DNA of 64,000 nucleotides from an uncultured Christensenella sp. (GTDB lineage Bacteria; Bacillota; Clostridia; Christensenellales; UBA1242): NCBI GenBank assembly GCA_910584815.1, contig CAJUBT010000005.1, positions 21,222 to 85,221 of the forward strand, read 5' to 3'. Shown piece by piece: positions 20,714 to 28,329 of this stretch (position 1 is its first letter; each line of letters starts with the position of its first letter). The notes under the pieces were generated by a model. It saw only the letters and a program-made list of their open reading frames with translations, ran no database searches and was not told where the DNA came from. The position numbers and the translations under genes were made by a program.

Positions 20714-21943
20714 ATGATTGAATTAGATAAAAAAATTTTAATTGCGGAAGAAGAACTTTTATCTTATTATAAAAATGCAGAAGAAATTGCTCTGGAAAAT
20801 CAAAATAAAGTATTACAAGCATTTATAAAAAACAAAATATCTGCTACCCATTTTGCAGGCACAACAGGATATGGTTATGATGATATTGGCAGAGAAAAAC
20901 TCAATGCTGTTTTTGCTGATGCTTTTGGTGCTGAAGATGCTTTGGTTTCACAAGGGTTTACTTGTGGCTCTCACGCAATTACAACAGTTTTATTTGGCTT
21001 ATTAAGACCAAATGATACAATGCTTGCAATTACTGGAAAACCATATGACACGCTAGATGACACCATTTTCGGCCTTAAAAATGGTGAAGATAATGGAAGT
21101 TTAAAGGATTTTGGTGTAAAGTATGATAGTGTAGAACTAATAAATAATACGGATTTTGATAAAGAAAGTATAATAGAAAAAATAAAAAGTAATCCTAAAA
21201 TTATATATATTCAAAGGTCTTGTGGTTATCTTTATAGAACAGCATTAAATATTGCCAAAATTGAAGATATAATTAAAGAAATAAGAAAAGTTAATAAATC
21301 TTCTATAATTGTGGTTGATAATTGTTATTGTGAATTTGTTGAAACTAAAGAACCTACAGAAGTTGGAGCAGATGTTGCCGTTGGTTCTTTAATTAAAAAC
21401 CCTGGTGGAAGTTTAGTGTCTAATGGGGGGTATGTTGTTGGAAAGAAAAAGTATGTTGATTTAATTTCAGGTAGGTTTACTTCTCCTTCTTTGCAAAAAG
21501 AGGTTGGTTCTTTTGAAAATGGTTATAGATTAATGTTTCAAGGGTTATTTATGGCTCCACATATTGTGTTGCAAGCAAAAAAGGGGAGTATGTTAATAGG
21601 GCGAGTAATGTCTAATTTGGGTTATAAAACTATAGACAACACAAATAATTTAGCAGATATTGTTAGAAGTATAGTCTTTGAGAGCAAAGATGATTTAGTA
21701 AATTTTTGTACATCAATTCAAAGAATGTCTCCAATAGATAGTTTTGTTACTCCAATACCAAGCGAAATGGCTGGTTATGATAGCGAGGTTGTTATGTCTG
21801 CTGGTTGTTTTGTTCAGGGAAGTACTATAGAACTTAGTTGTGATAGCCCTCTTAAAAAACCATATGTGCTATATTTACAAGGTGGTATTACTTACGAGCA
21901 TATTAAACTTGCTTTAAATGATTATTTAGTTAATAGAAAATAA
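20714..21943 (+). CDS. PLP-dependent methionine gamma-lyase family protein (YnbB / aluminium-resistance family)
   Basis: 409 aa. Overall pattern (TGYGYDDIGREKL..., IQRSCGY) matches the YnbB-like family that commonly follows miaA(-hfq) in Firmicutes. Confidence 0.7.
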   Translation: MIELDKKILIAEEELLSYYKNAEEIALENQNKVLQAFIKNKISATHFAGTTGYGYDDIGREKLNAVFADAFGAEDALVSQGFTCGSHAITTVLFGLLRPNDTMLAITGKPYDTLDDTIFGLKNGEDNGSLKDFGVKYDSVELINNTDFDKESIIEKIKSNPKIIYIQRSCGYLYRTALNIAKIEDIIKEIRKVNKSSIIVVDNCYCEFVETKEPTEVGADVAVGSLIKNPGGSLVSNGGYVVGKKKYVDLISGRFTSPSLQKEVGSFENGYRLMFQGLFMAPHIVLQAKKGSMLIGRVMSNLGYKTIDNTNNLADIVRSIVFESKDDLVNFCTSIQRMSPIDSFVTPIPSEMAGYDSEVVMSAGCFVQGSTIELSCDSPLKKPYVLYLQGGITYEHIKLALNDYLVNRK

Positions 21944-21946
21944 AAT

Positions 21947-21980
21947 AAAAAAACAAGAAAAATATTTTTCTTGTTTTTTA
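21947..21980. terminator. Intrinsic terminator between convergent ynbB-like and lexA genes
   Basis: Palindrome AAACAAGAAAAATATTTTTCTTGTTT flanked by an A-run and a T-run. Confidence 0.55.
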
Positions 21981-22082
21981 ATTTTGTAAATTTATTTATC
22001 ATTTAATAATTATAATTTTTATTATTTAATAAATGAAAAAAATTAAATTTTTGTATTAATTATTTTTAAAATATTAATTATA

Positions 22083-22730
22083 TTAGTAGTTTCTTATTAA
22101 CCCTATAACAACACCTAGAATATCTACATCAACACAATAAATAGGCTTCATTGTTGAATTTTCTGGTTGTAGCCTTATTCTACCATTTTCACGATAAAAC
22201 CTTTTCACTGTGGCACTGCCATTAATCATAGCCACAACTATTTCTCCGTTATGAGCATCATTTTGTTTTTTAACAACTATTTTATCTTTATTATAAATTC
22301 CAGCTTCAATCATACTTTCGCCTTTAACTGTAAGCATAAATAAATCGCCACTTCTGCTAAATAGATTTTCAGAAAATTCATATACATCTTCGTAATTTTC
22401 TACAGCTAAAATAGGAGAGCCTGCAGCAACCTGACCTAATAGAGGAATTTTTGTTAATTCTTCATTATTGTAATCATTTGTTGTTATAACATTATTAGGA
22501 AATAGTTCTTTAGAAAGTTCTATTGCTCTGTTCTTTTTGTTACTTCGCTTAATTAACCCCTGTTTTTCTAATTTATTTAGATAATAGTCTACGGTGGCAG
22601 TAGATTTTACATTTAATGAGTGCATAAGCTCTCTACAAGTTGGGGGATATCCTCTTTCTTCAATACTAGTTTTAACTAAATCAATAATCTTTAAAGCTTT
22701 ATCATTTGTGCTTTTTTTAACATTTGCCAT
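22083..22730 (-). CDS. lexA: LexA repressor
   Basis: 215 aa. N-terminal wHTH (YPPTCRELMHSLNVKSTATVDYYLNKLEKQGLI) and S24 peptidase domain with VKGESM and downstream Lys (ATVKRF). Confidence 0.93.
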   Translation of the reverse strand: MANVKKSTNDKALKIIDLVKTSIEERGYPPTCRELMHSLNVKSTATVDYYLNKLEKQGLIKRSNKKNRAIELSKELFPNNVITTNDYNNEELTKIPLLGQVAAGSPILAVENYEDVYEFSENLFSRSGDLFMLTVKGESMIEAGIYNKDKIVVKKQNDAHNGEIVVAMINGSATVKRFYRENGRIRLQPENSTMKPIYCVDVDILGVVIGLIRNY

Positions 22731-22788
22731 TTTTTACCTTCTTATGATAAATTTATAATCATTTATAACATAAATAATAAACATTGTC

Positions 22789-22800
22789 AAACATTTGTTC
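22789..22800 (-). promoter_or_regulatory. Candidate LexA (SOS/Cheo) box upstream of lexA
   Basis: The minus strand reads GAACAAATGTTT, one mismatch from GAAC-N4-GTTC, about 60 nt upstream of the lexA start. Confidence 0.5.
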
Positions 22801-22968
22801 TAAAATGCTTAACAATTTTGAAAACATTTTAAAGAGATTAATTTGTAACAAATATTTCATAAAAAATTTATTCTAACATTTATAATTGGTAATTTATTTT
22901 ATATGAAGGAAATAATAAAAAGTTATAATAAATAGAAGTATTAATTTCAAAATAATACAATTAAAATT

Positions 22969-24015
22969 TTAGTCATCTCGTAGTTTTACTACATTTGCAA
23001 TATTTCTTCTTGCATCTTCAGATATTGCAGCATAATGTTTTTTTGTTGTGTTTACATCTTTATGACCTAAAACATCAGCTACTATATAAATATCATTTGT
23101 TTCACGATATAAGTTAGTTCCATATGTGCTTCTTAATTTGTGAGGCGTGATATGCTTTAATGGGACAGAGGCTTCACTATATTTTTTTACAAGTTTTTCT
23201 ACTGCACGGACAGTAATTCTTTTATTTTGTATAGATAAAAATAGTGCTTTTTCATCTTGAGGGATATTTTTGTTTTGTTCTCTTTCCTTTAAATAAGATA
23301 AAAGTGCTGTAGCTACTTCATTTGAAAAGTATAGAATGGTTTCATTTCCACCTTTTCGTGTAATTTTAAAACCATTAACATTAAAATCTATATCTTCTAA
23401 ATTTATGCCAACGCACTCACTAACGCGAATACCAGTACCTAAAAGTAAAGCTAATAGTGCGGAATCTCTTTTTTGAGTGATTTTATTATATGATTGTTGT
23501 CTTTTAGTTAAAGTTTGTGGATTTTCTGCCGAATCTAGTAATTTTACAACTTCATCTATTTCAAGTCTTATAATGTCTTTATCGTGAATTTTAGGTCCAA
23601 CAACTTTAGAAGCAATATTATTTGGTAGTTTATTTTTATTGTAAAAGTATTTAAAAAAACTTTTGATGGTGGCAAGTTTTCTAGCTTTACCTTTTTCTCC
23701 ATTGGAAATATTCTTTTCATCTTTATTATATGATGATAAATAATCTAGATAAATTTCAATATCAGTAGAATCTAATTTTGATAGGTCATCCAAAGTAATG
23801 TTCTTAATTTCCATATCTAAAAATTCTTCGATTTCTGTAACCAAAAAATTAAAAAATATTTTTAAATCTTGGGCGTAAACTAATCTTGTTAAATGGCTTG
23901 TTTGGTTTTCTATTCCTCTAAAAAATTCATTACAAAAATAGGGAAGAGTAGATAAAATTTCCCTTGTTTTTTTTAAACATCTTAAGTTGCGGTCGGCAAA
24001 ATAATTGTTATTCAT
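22969..24015 (-). CDS. Tyrosine recombinase, XerC/XerD-like
   Basis: 348 aa. SAM-like N-domain and catalytic R...HxxR...H...Y pattern (GIRVSEC, HKLRSTYGT, LGHKDVNTTKKHY). Confidence 0.8.
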   Translation of the reverse strand: MNNNYFADRNLRCLKKTREILSTLPYFCNEFFRGIENQTSHLTRLVYAQDLKIFFNFLVTEIEEFLDMEIKNITLDDLSKLDSTDIEIYLDYLSSYNKDEKNISNGEKGKARKLATIKSFFKYFYNKNKLPNNIASKVVGPKIHDKDIIRLEIDEVVKLLDSAENPQTLTKRQQSYNKITQKRDSALLALLLGTGIRVSECVGINLEDIDFNVNGFKITRKGGNETILYFSNEVATALLSYLKEREQNKNIPQDEKALFLSIQNKRITVRAVEKLVKKYSEASVPLKHITPHKLRSTYGTNLYRETNDIYIVADVLGHKDVNTTKKHYAAISEDARRNIANVVKLRDD

Positions 24016-24250
24016 AATTATATCTTAACAAAAATAAGCAAAGTTGTAAAACAAAGTTGACTTATATTGTGTTAAAAATTATAATGATAATAGATAAAAT
24101 TAAATATAAAAATAAATTTTTAATTTTTAAAATTTAATGTGATATTTTTAAAAGATTTAATTTATGTAAATAATTATAGAAGACATAAACAACTTTATAG
24201 AACTTTTATATTTAATTTTAAATTACTTGATATTGAGGAGAATTTATTTT

Positions 24251-25534
24251 ATGATTTCTATTGATTTAATTAAAACAGACCCAGAAAAAATAAAAGGTTT
24301 ATTAGAAAAAAAAGGATGTGTTGTAGACTTTACTGAAGTTTTGAATTTGGATGTTGAGAGAAGAAAATTTATTCAGGAAGTTGAAAATTTGAAATCGCAG
24401 AAGAATAAAGTAAGTTCCCAAATTCCTACTTTTAAGAAAGAGGGGAAAGACACTGCTAGTATTTTTGAAGAAATGAAAACTCTTGGAAATAAAATAGAAA
24501 CTTTAGATAAAAAGGTTGAAGATTTAGATAATAGTATATGGCAAATTTTATCTGTACTACCAAACCCACCAGATGAAGATTTACTAAGAGGTGGAAAAGA
24601 AAATAATAAAGTTTTAAGACAAGTGAATAAAAAACCAGAATTTAGTTTTAAACCAAAAAATCACTATGATTTATGTGTAGATTTAGGATTAATAGATTAT
24701 GATAGAGGTGTTAAATTAGCTGGAAATGGTTGTTGGGTTTATAGAGGAGTTGGAGCAATGCTTGAATGGGCTTTGCTTAACTATTTTGTTGAACAGCACT
24801 TAAAAGATGGTTATGAATTTATTTTACCACCTCATATGTTAAGTTATGATTGTGGATATGGGGCAGGACAATTTCCAAAATTTAGTGATGAAGTTTATTG
24901 GATAGATAATAAAGATGAAAAATCTAAGTTTTTATTACCAACTGCGGAAACAGCCCTTGTGAACTTATATAAGGGGGAAATAATACCAGAAGAAAAACTT
25001 CCAATGAAGTTTTTTGCTTATACTCCTTGTTATAGAAGGGAAGCAGGTAGTTACAGACAAGAAGAAAGAGGGATGATAAGAGGTCATCAGTTTAATAAAG
25101 TTGAAATGGTTCAAATTACAACTCCTGAACAAAGTAGCAATGCTTTTGAAGAGTTAGTTGGCAAAGCAGAACGCCTTGTAAAAGATTTAGGGTTACATTA
25201 TCAGGTTTCAAAACTTGCTGCTGGAGATTGTTCTGCATCTATGAGAAGAACTTATGACATAGAAGTTTGGATACCTAGTATGGAAATTTATAAAGAGGTT
25301 TCTTCTGCCTCTAATGCTGGTGATTATCAAGCAAGAAGAAATAATACAAAATTTAGAAATAAAGATACAAAAAAAGCAGAATTCGTGCATACATTAAATG
25401 CCAGCGGTCTTGCAACATCAAGATTAATTCCTGCTATTGTTGAACAATATCAAAATGAAGATGGAAGTATTACTATTCCTGAAGCATTAAGAAAATTTAT
25501 GGGTGGTTTAGAAGTAATAAAAAAACAGAATTAA
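24251..25534 (+). CDS. serS: Seryl-tRNA synthetase
   Basis: N-terminal coiled-coil arm and class II motifs (YRREAGS, NASGLATSRLI). I prefer the ATG at 24251, preceded by GAGGAG, over the upstream TTG in the track. Confidence 0.93.
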   Translation: MISIDLIKTDPEKIKGLLEKKGCVVDFTEVLNLDVERRKFIQEVENLKSQKNKVSSQIPTFKKEGKDTASIFEEMKTLGNKIETLDKKVEDLDNSIWQILSVLPNPPDEDLLRGGKENNKVLRQVNKKPEFSFKPKNHYDLCVDLGLIDYDRGVKLAGNGCWVYRGVGAMLEWALLNYFVEQHLKDGYEFILPPHMLSYDCGYGAGQFPKFSDEVYWIDNKDEKSKFLLPTAETALVNLYKGEIIPEEKLPMKFFAYTPCYRREAGSYRQEERGMIRGHQFNKVEMVQITTPEQSSNAFEELVGKAERLVKDLGLHYQVSKLAAGDCSASMRRTYDIEVWIPSMEIYKEVSSASNAGDYQARRNNTKFRNKDTKKAEFVHTLNASGLATSRLIPAIVEQYQNEDGSITIPEALRKFMGGLEVIKKQN

Positions 25535-25716
25535 GAAATAAAATTTAAATTAATTTTTAAAATAGAAACAAAAGCATTTGTTTAAAAACACAAATTGCCT
25601 TAAAAAAACATATAAATTGATTTTTAATATCTTAATAATAAATTTTTATTATAATATAACTTATTTGTTAATAGTTTTATAAAAAAGTTTTTATAGACAA
25701 GGAAAGAGTAATATAA

Positions 25717-26613
25717 ATGGAAGAGTCTTTATTAACACAGTTTGCTGAAAAAAAAAGTAAAGAAAAGGTTCAAGAATTTTATGAAATAGCCTTGTCTATT
25801 TTAACATCTACATTAGAAGATTTAAGAAAAGAACAACCTAATTTTTTGTTAGATTATGAAAGAACAAGAATTTTTCCAATTGGAGATTATACTAACGATA
25901 CTTTTATAGATCAAACAGGAGAGTTAGAGATTGTTATTGCAACATCTAATCCTCAAATTTCGGTTTTAAATAACACATATATTAAAAATCTTAGAGAAGC
26001 GAAAACAAAAAAACAGAAACAATTAATTTCTAGTGAAGGAACCCTTGATGATATAAGTGTAAAATTTATAAAAACACTTGTAAATTATTTTGACCAAACT
26101 ACAGTTATTTTACTTGTAAGTGAAGGAATAAAAGTTTTATGTTTACAAGAATATGGTTTTAAAATTTTAATAAAATTTGCAACTTATGATGAAAATGATA
26201 AAGATGCTGTGCTTAATTTTTGGGATCCTATATTAAAACATTCTAAAAAAATTAACTTATTCTTATACAACGAACGAATTGAAGAAAAAGATAAAAATAC
26301 TAATGGTAATTATAAAAAAGTAGTTAGAATTTTTAAGAATATAAGAAAAAATATTTTAATGAACAAATGGGCTATGAGTAGTGACCTTAATAAATATTTT
26401 GTAGAGTTAATTATTTATAATATACCAGACAGTATTATGTTAGATAAAGACATTATGCTAGTTTTTAAAAAATGTATAAACTACTTAGATAATTGCAATA
26501 TCTTAAATTTTATTTCATTTGATGGAAATAAAATTGAAACATTCGATTTAGCTAAAATTAATTATAGCAAAATTAAAAATTTTATTAATTATTCTGTTAG
26601 AATTTGTTTCTAG
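25717..26613 (+). CDS. Hypothetical protein with a nucleotidyltransferase-fold (CD-NTase/SMODS-like) pattern
   Basis: 298 aa. PIGDYTNDTFIDQTGELEIVIA resembles the G[SG]-x9-13-[DE]x[DE] Pol-beta NTase signature. YKKVVRIFKNIRKNIL...YFVELIIYN resembles the helical RxxK...lE.l segment of OAS/CD-NTase-type enzymes. No partner gene nearby. Confidence 0.4.
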   Translation: MEESLLTQFAEKKSKEKVQEFYEIALSILTSTLEDLRKEQPNFLLDYERTRIFPIGDYTNDTFIDQTGELEIVIATSNPQISVLNNTYIKNLREAKTKKQKQLISSEGTLDDISVKFIKTLVNYFDQTTVILLVSEGIKVLCLQEYGFKILIKFATYDENDKDAVLNFWDPILKHSKKINLFLYNERIEEKDKNTNGNYKKVVRIFKNIRKNILMNKWAMSSDLNKYFVELIIYNIPDSIMLDKDIMLVFKKCINYLDNCNILNFISFDGNKIETFDLAKINYSKIKNFINYSVRICF

Positions 26614-26691
26614 TTAAAAATAATATTTTTAAAATGTTTTAACAAGAAAAAGTTTCAAATAATTATTATTTTTTAATATAACTATAAAAAG

Positions 26692-26735
26692 AAGTACTAT
26701 GCAAGTTTTTTAAAAAAATAGAAAGTACTATGCAA
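26692..26735 (+). repeat. Two direct copies of AAGTACTATGCAA, 31 bp apart
   Basis: Exact 13-mers at 26692-26704 and 26723-26735. Related AGTACTATGCAA / AATACTATGCT copies are at 11094-11127. Confidence 0.6.
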
Positions 26736-27067
26736 ACTCTCTATTTTTTTGGTATCCATTTTAAAAATAAAAAAATTTTTTAATTTTAAAAGCATTCAAA
26801 TAAATTTTAATATTATATAAGATTACCATTCAGAATAAATTTAATATATAAATTTTCTTTCATTATATAGATAGTGTTATATTCGTTTTTCTATAATTTA
26901 AAATGTTCTCAGTCAGAATTTTATTTTAAATTAATATTTGGGCTTTAATAATTTTTTTTATTTATAACATATTTTATTAAAAAGAAATTTATATTGTTTA
27001 GTATTTGATAAACAAAAAATTTAAAAATAATGATTTTTATTAATAATTTTAACTTATTTATACACAA

Positions 27068-27101
27068 CTATTCGCAAAACTTGAGTTTTGCGAATAGTTT
27101 A
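27068..27101. repeat. Left boundary hairpin (att-like); also terminator-shaped on the + strand
   Basis: 13-bp perfect stem CTATTCGCAAAAC / GTTTTGCGAATAG with loop TTGA, then TTTATTTATT. It can be read as 11-6-11 (TATTCGCAAAA CTTGAG TTTTGCGAATA). The 17-mer 27085-27101 is identical to 34312-34328. Confidence 0.6.
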
Positions 27102-27230
27102 TTTATTAAAAAATAAACGAAATCGCATAGTTTTGATAAATTAAATTTATTATCTACTACTACTCTACACCACTATTTTTATTTTGTGAAGAGAAAATGT
27201 CAATATTTTTTAGAAAATTTAAAAAATTTT

Positions 27231-27908
27231 TTATGAATAAATAGCCATTTTTTCTAATTTAAATTTACGACAATAAATTAAACTACTTCTTTTAGTTGTT
27301 TCTTTTATAGCGTGATTAGTAAGTTTTGCCACATACTTACCTAATGCTTTTGCGTTTTTATTGCATAATTCACCATCTAAATTACCATAACTCCAGGTTG
27401 TATAATCGAAAAAATCTTTTGCTACTACTGCGTGATAATGTTCCCTTCCATTTTCTTCGCCAAAATCTATATTAGCAACATAATCTTCACAATTTAAACT
27501 ATCTAAGTATCTTGTTACATATCTACGGCGAGTTAATTCACTTGTAGAAGCAAAAATTTTATCAGTAAATGTAAATGTTAAAAACTGGCACTTATTAAAT
27601 GCTAGCATTATTTCTATGCGTTTTTTAAGGCGTTTAACCCTATGATATGTAGCATTATTTATTTTTTCTGCTTCTTTCCACATTTCTTTATTAGTATGAT
27701 TTTGAAAATTATGTATTTTAACTGCACTAGAATAACTCAAATCAGTTAAATCAGAACCAATGTTATTATATTGATTATATTTAAAAATTGCCTTAGAAAC
27801 TTTCTTTTGAAGTTTACAAAGTCCACTTTTTAAAACTTTTGCTTTAAATTCGTAATCTATCACTAAAATGTCCCCTTTTTTAGTTGTTTCTATGCCTAGG
27901 ACGTCCAC
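27231..27908 (-). CDS. HUH-superfamily rolling-circle replication initiator (Rep)
   Basis: Ordered motifs FLTFTF (motif 1), EHYHAVV (HUH) and GKYVAKLTNHAIK (YxxK). The track start GTG at 27908 lies inside a hairpin. An alternative GTG at 27863 has a better RBS (AAAGGGGA, 8-nt spacing). Confidence 0.75.
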   Translation of the reverse strand: MDVLGIETTKKGDILVIDYEFKAKVLKSGLCKLQKKVSKAIFKYNQYNNIGSDLTDLSYSSAVKIHNFQNHTNKEMWKEAEKINNATYHRVKRLKKRIEIMLAFNKCQFLTFTFTDKIFASTSELTRRRYVTRYLDSLNCEDYVANIDFGEENGREHYHAVVAKDFFDYTTWSYGNLDGELCNKNAKALGKYVAKLTNHAIKETTKRSSLIYCRKFKLEKMAIYS

Positions 27909-27935
27909 CTTACCAAGTCAATAAGGTGGACGTCC
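27899..27935. other. Perfect 14-bp GC-rich hairpin, a candidate Rep origin or recognition site
   Basis: GGACGTCCACCTTA (27899-27912), loop CCAAGTCAA, TAAGGTGGACGTCC (27922-27935). Each arm contains the self-palindrome GGACGTCC. No U-run on either strand, so it is not a terminator. Confidence 0.55.
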
Positions 27936-28285
27936 TTAGGCAAATATGTTGTAGTAATAAACATATTGCAGTTAATATGTCCCCTACTCGCCTATTAGAT
28001 GCCATTAAAATGGCAGGCTCGCCACCGTTGCGACCTTCCCTAGCCTTGGTCGCTTTTAATTGGTTATTTAAAATATTTTGGACGCTGTCCAAACCTGCAA
28101 GGAACTAGTCCCTTGACCCCTTTCACACTCGACCGTGTAGGCAATCCTTCCCCGAATTATGTCGGGGAAGGAAATTAATATTATATTCTACCCCATCTTG
28201 TCAAAGGGTGAACATAAAGCAACCATCAATGCTGGCTATTCTTGTTTATCATTCCCCTTTATCTTTGACAAGATATAGTTTTTTA
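27899..28285. other. GC-enriched, hairpin-dense non-coding block (phage intergenic region, or a structured RNA/ssDNA element)
   Basis: Visibly much more G+C than the surrounding DNA. Multiple stems: the 27899-27935 hairpin, GCGACC/GGTCGC (28030-28053), TGGAC/GTCCA (28079-28091), CAAGG/CCTTG (28098-28115), CCTTCCCCG/CGGGGAAGG (28146-28171), and long-range ATCTTGTCAAAGGG (28195-28208) with CCCTTT..TTGACAAGAT (28255-28274). The ORFs here are short and overlap on both strands. Confidence 0.5.
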
Positions 28286-28294
28286 CGATATAAT
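28265..28294 (+). promoter_or_regulatory. Near-consensus sigma-A promoter for the DUF2726-like gene
   Basis: -35 TTGACA 28265-28270, 18-bp spacer, -10 TATAAT 28289-28294. RBS AAAAGGGA before the ATG at 28330. Confidence 0.6.
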
Positions 28295-28329
28295 TAGCAT
28301 AAGTAATTATAAAAGGGACAAATTAAGAA

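Noticed and set aside
22969-24015. The tyrosine recombinase as the integrase of the prophage
   Set aside because: It is about 3 kb from the element boundary, separated from it by the essential serS and another gene, and sits next to lexA like a housekeeping Xer-type enzyme. It remains a candidate trans-acting recombinase but is not part of the element.
24016-24250. T-box leader upstream of serS
   Set aside because: The region is almost pure A/T, with no stem-forming GC segments, no T-box sequence and no terminator. The only feature seen is a promoter-like TTGACT-17-TATAAT.
27884-28108. ORFs of 74 aa (+) and 60 aa (-, 27910-28092) inside the GC-rich block
   Set aside because: They overlap each other on opposite strands, have no convincing RBS, and lie in a region better explained by nucleic-acid secondary structure. 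I treated the block as non-coding, though conservation analysis could revive one of them.
27899-28285. Possibility that the GC-rich block is tmRNA, RNase P RNA, SRP/6S RNA, a riboswitch, or a group I/II intron used as an integration target
   Set aside because: I could not find the diagnostic elements on either strand. These are the GGTTCGA-type T-arm with a terminal ACCA for tmRNA, GAGGAAAGTCC / ACAGAA for RNase P, the domain V consensus of group II introns, and the B12 or T-box boxes.
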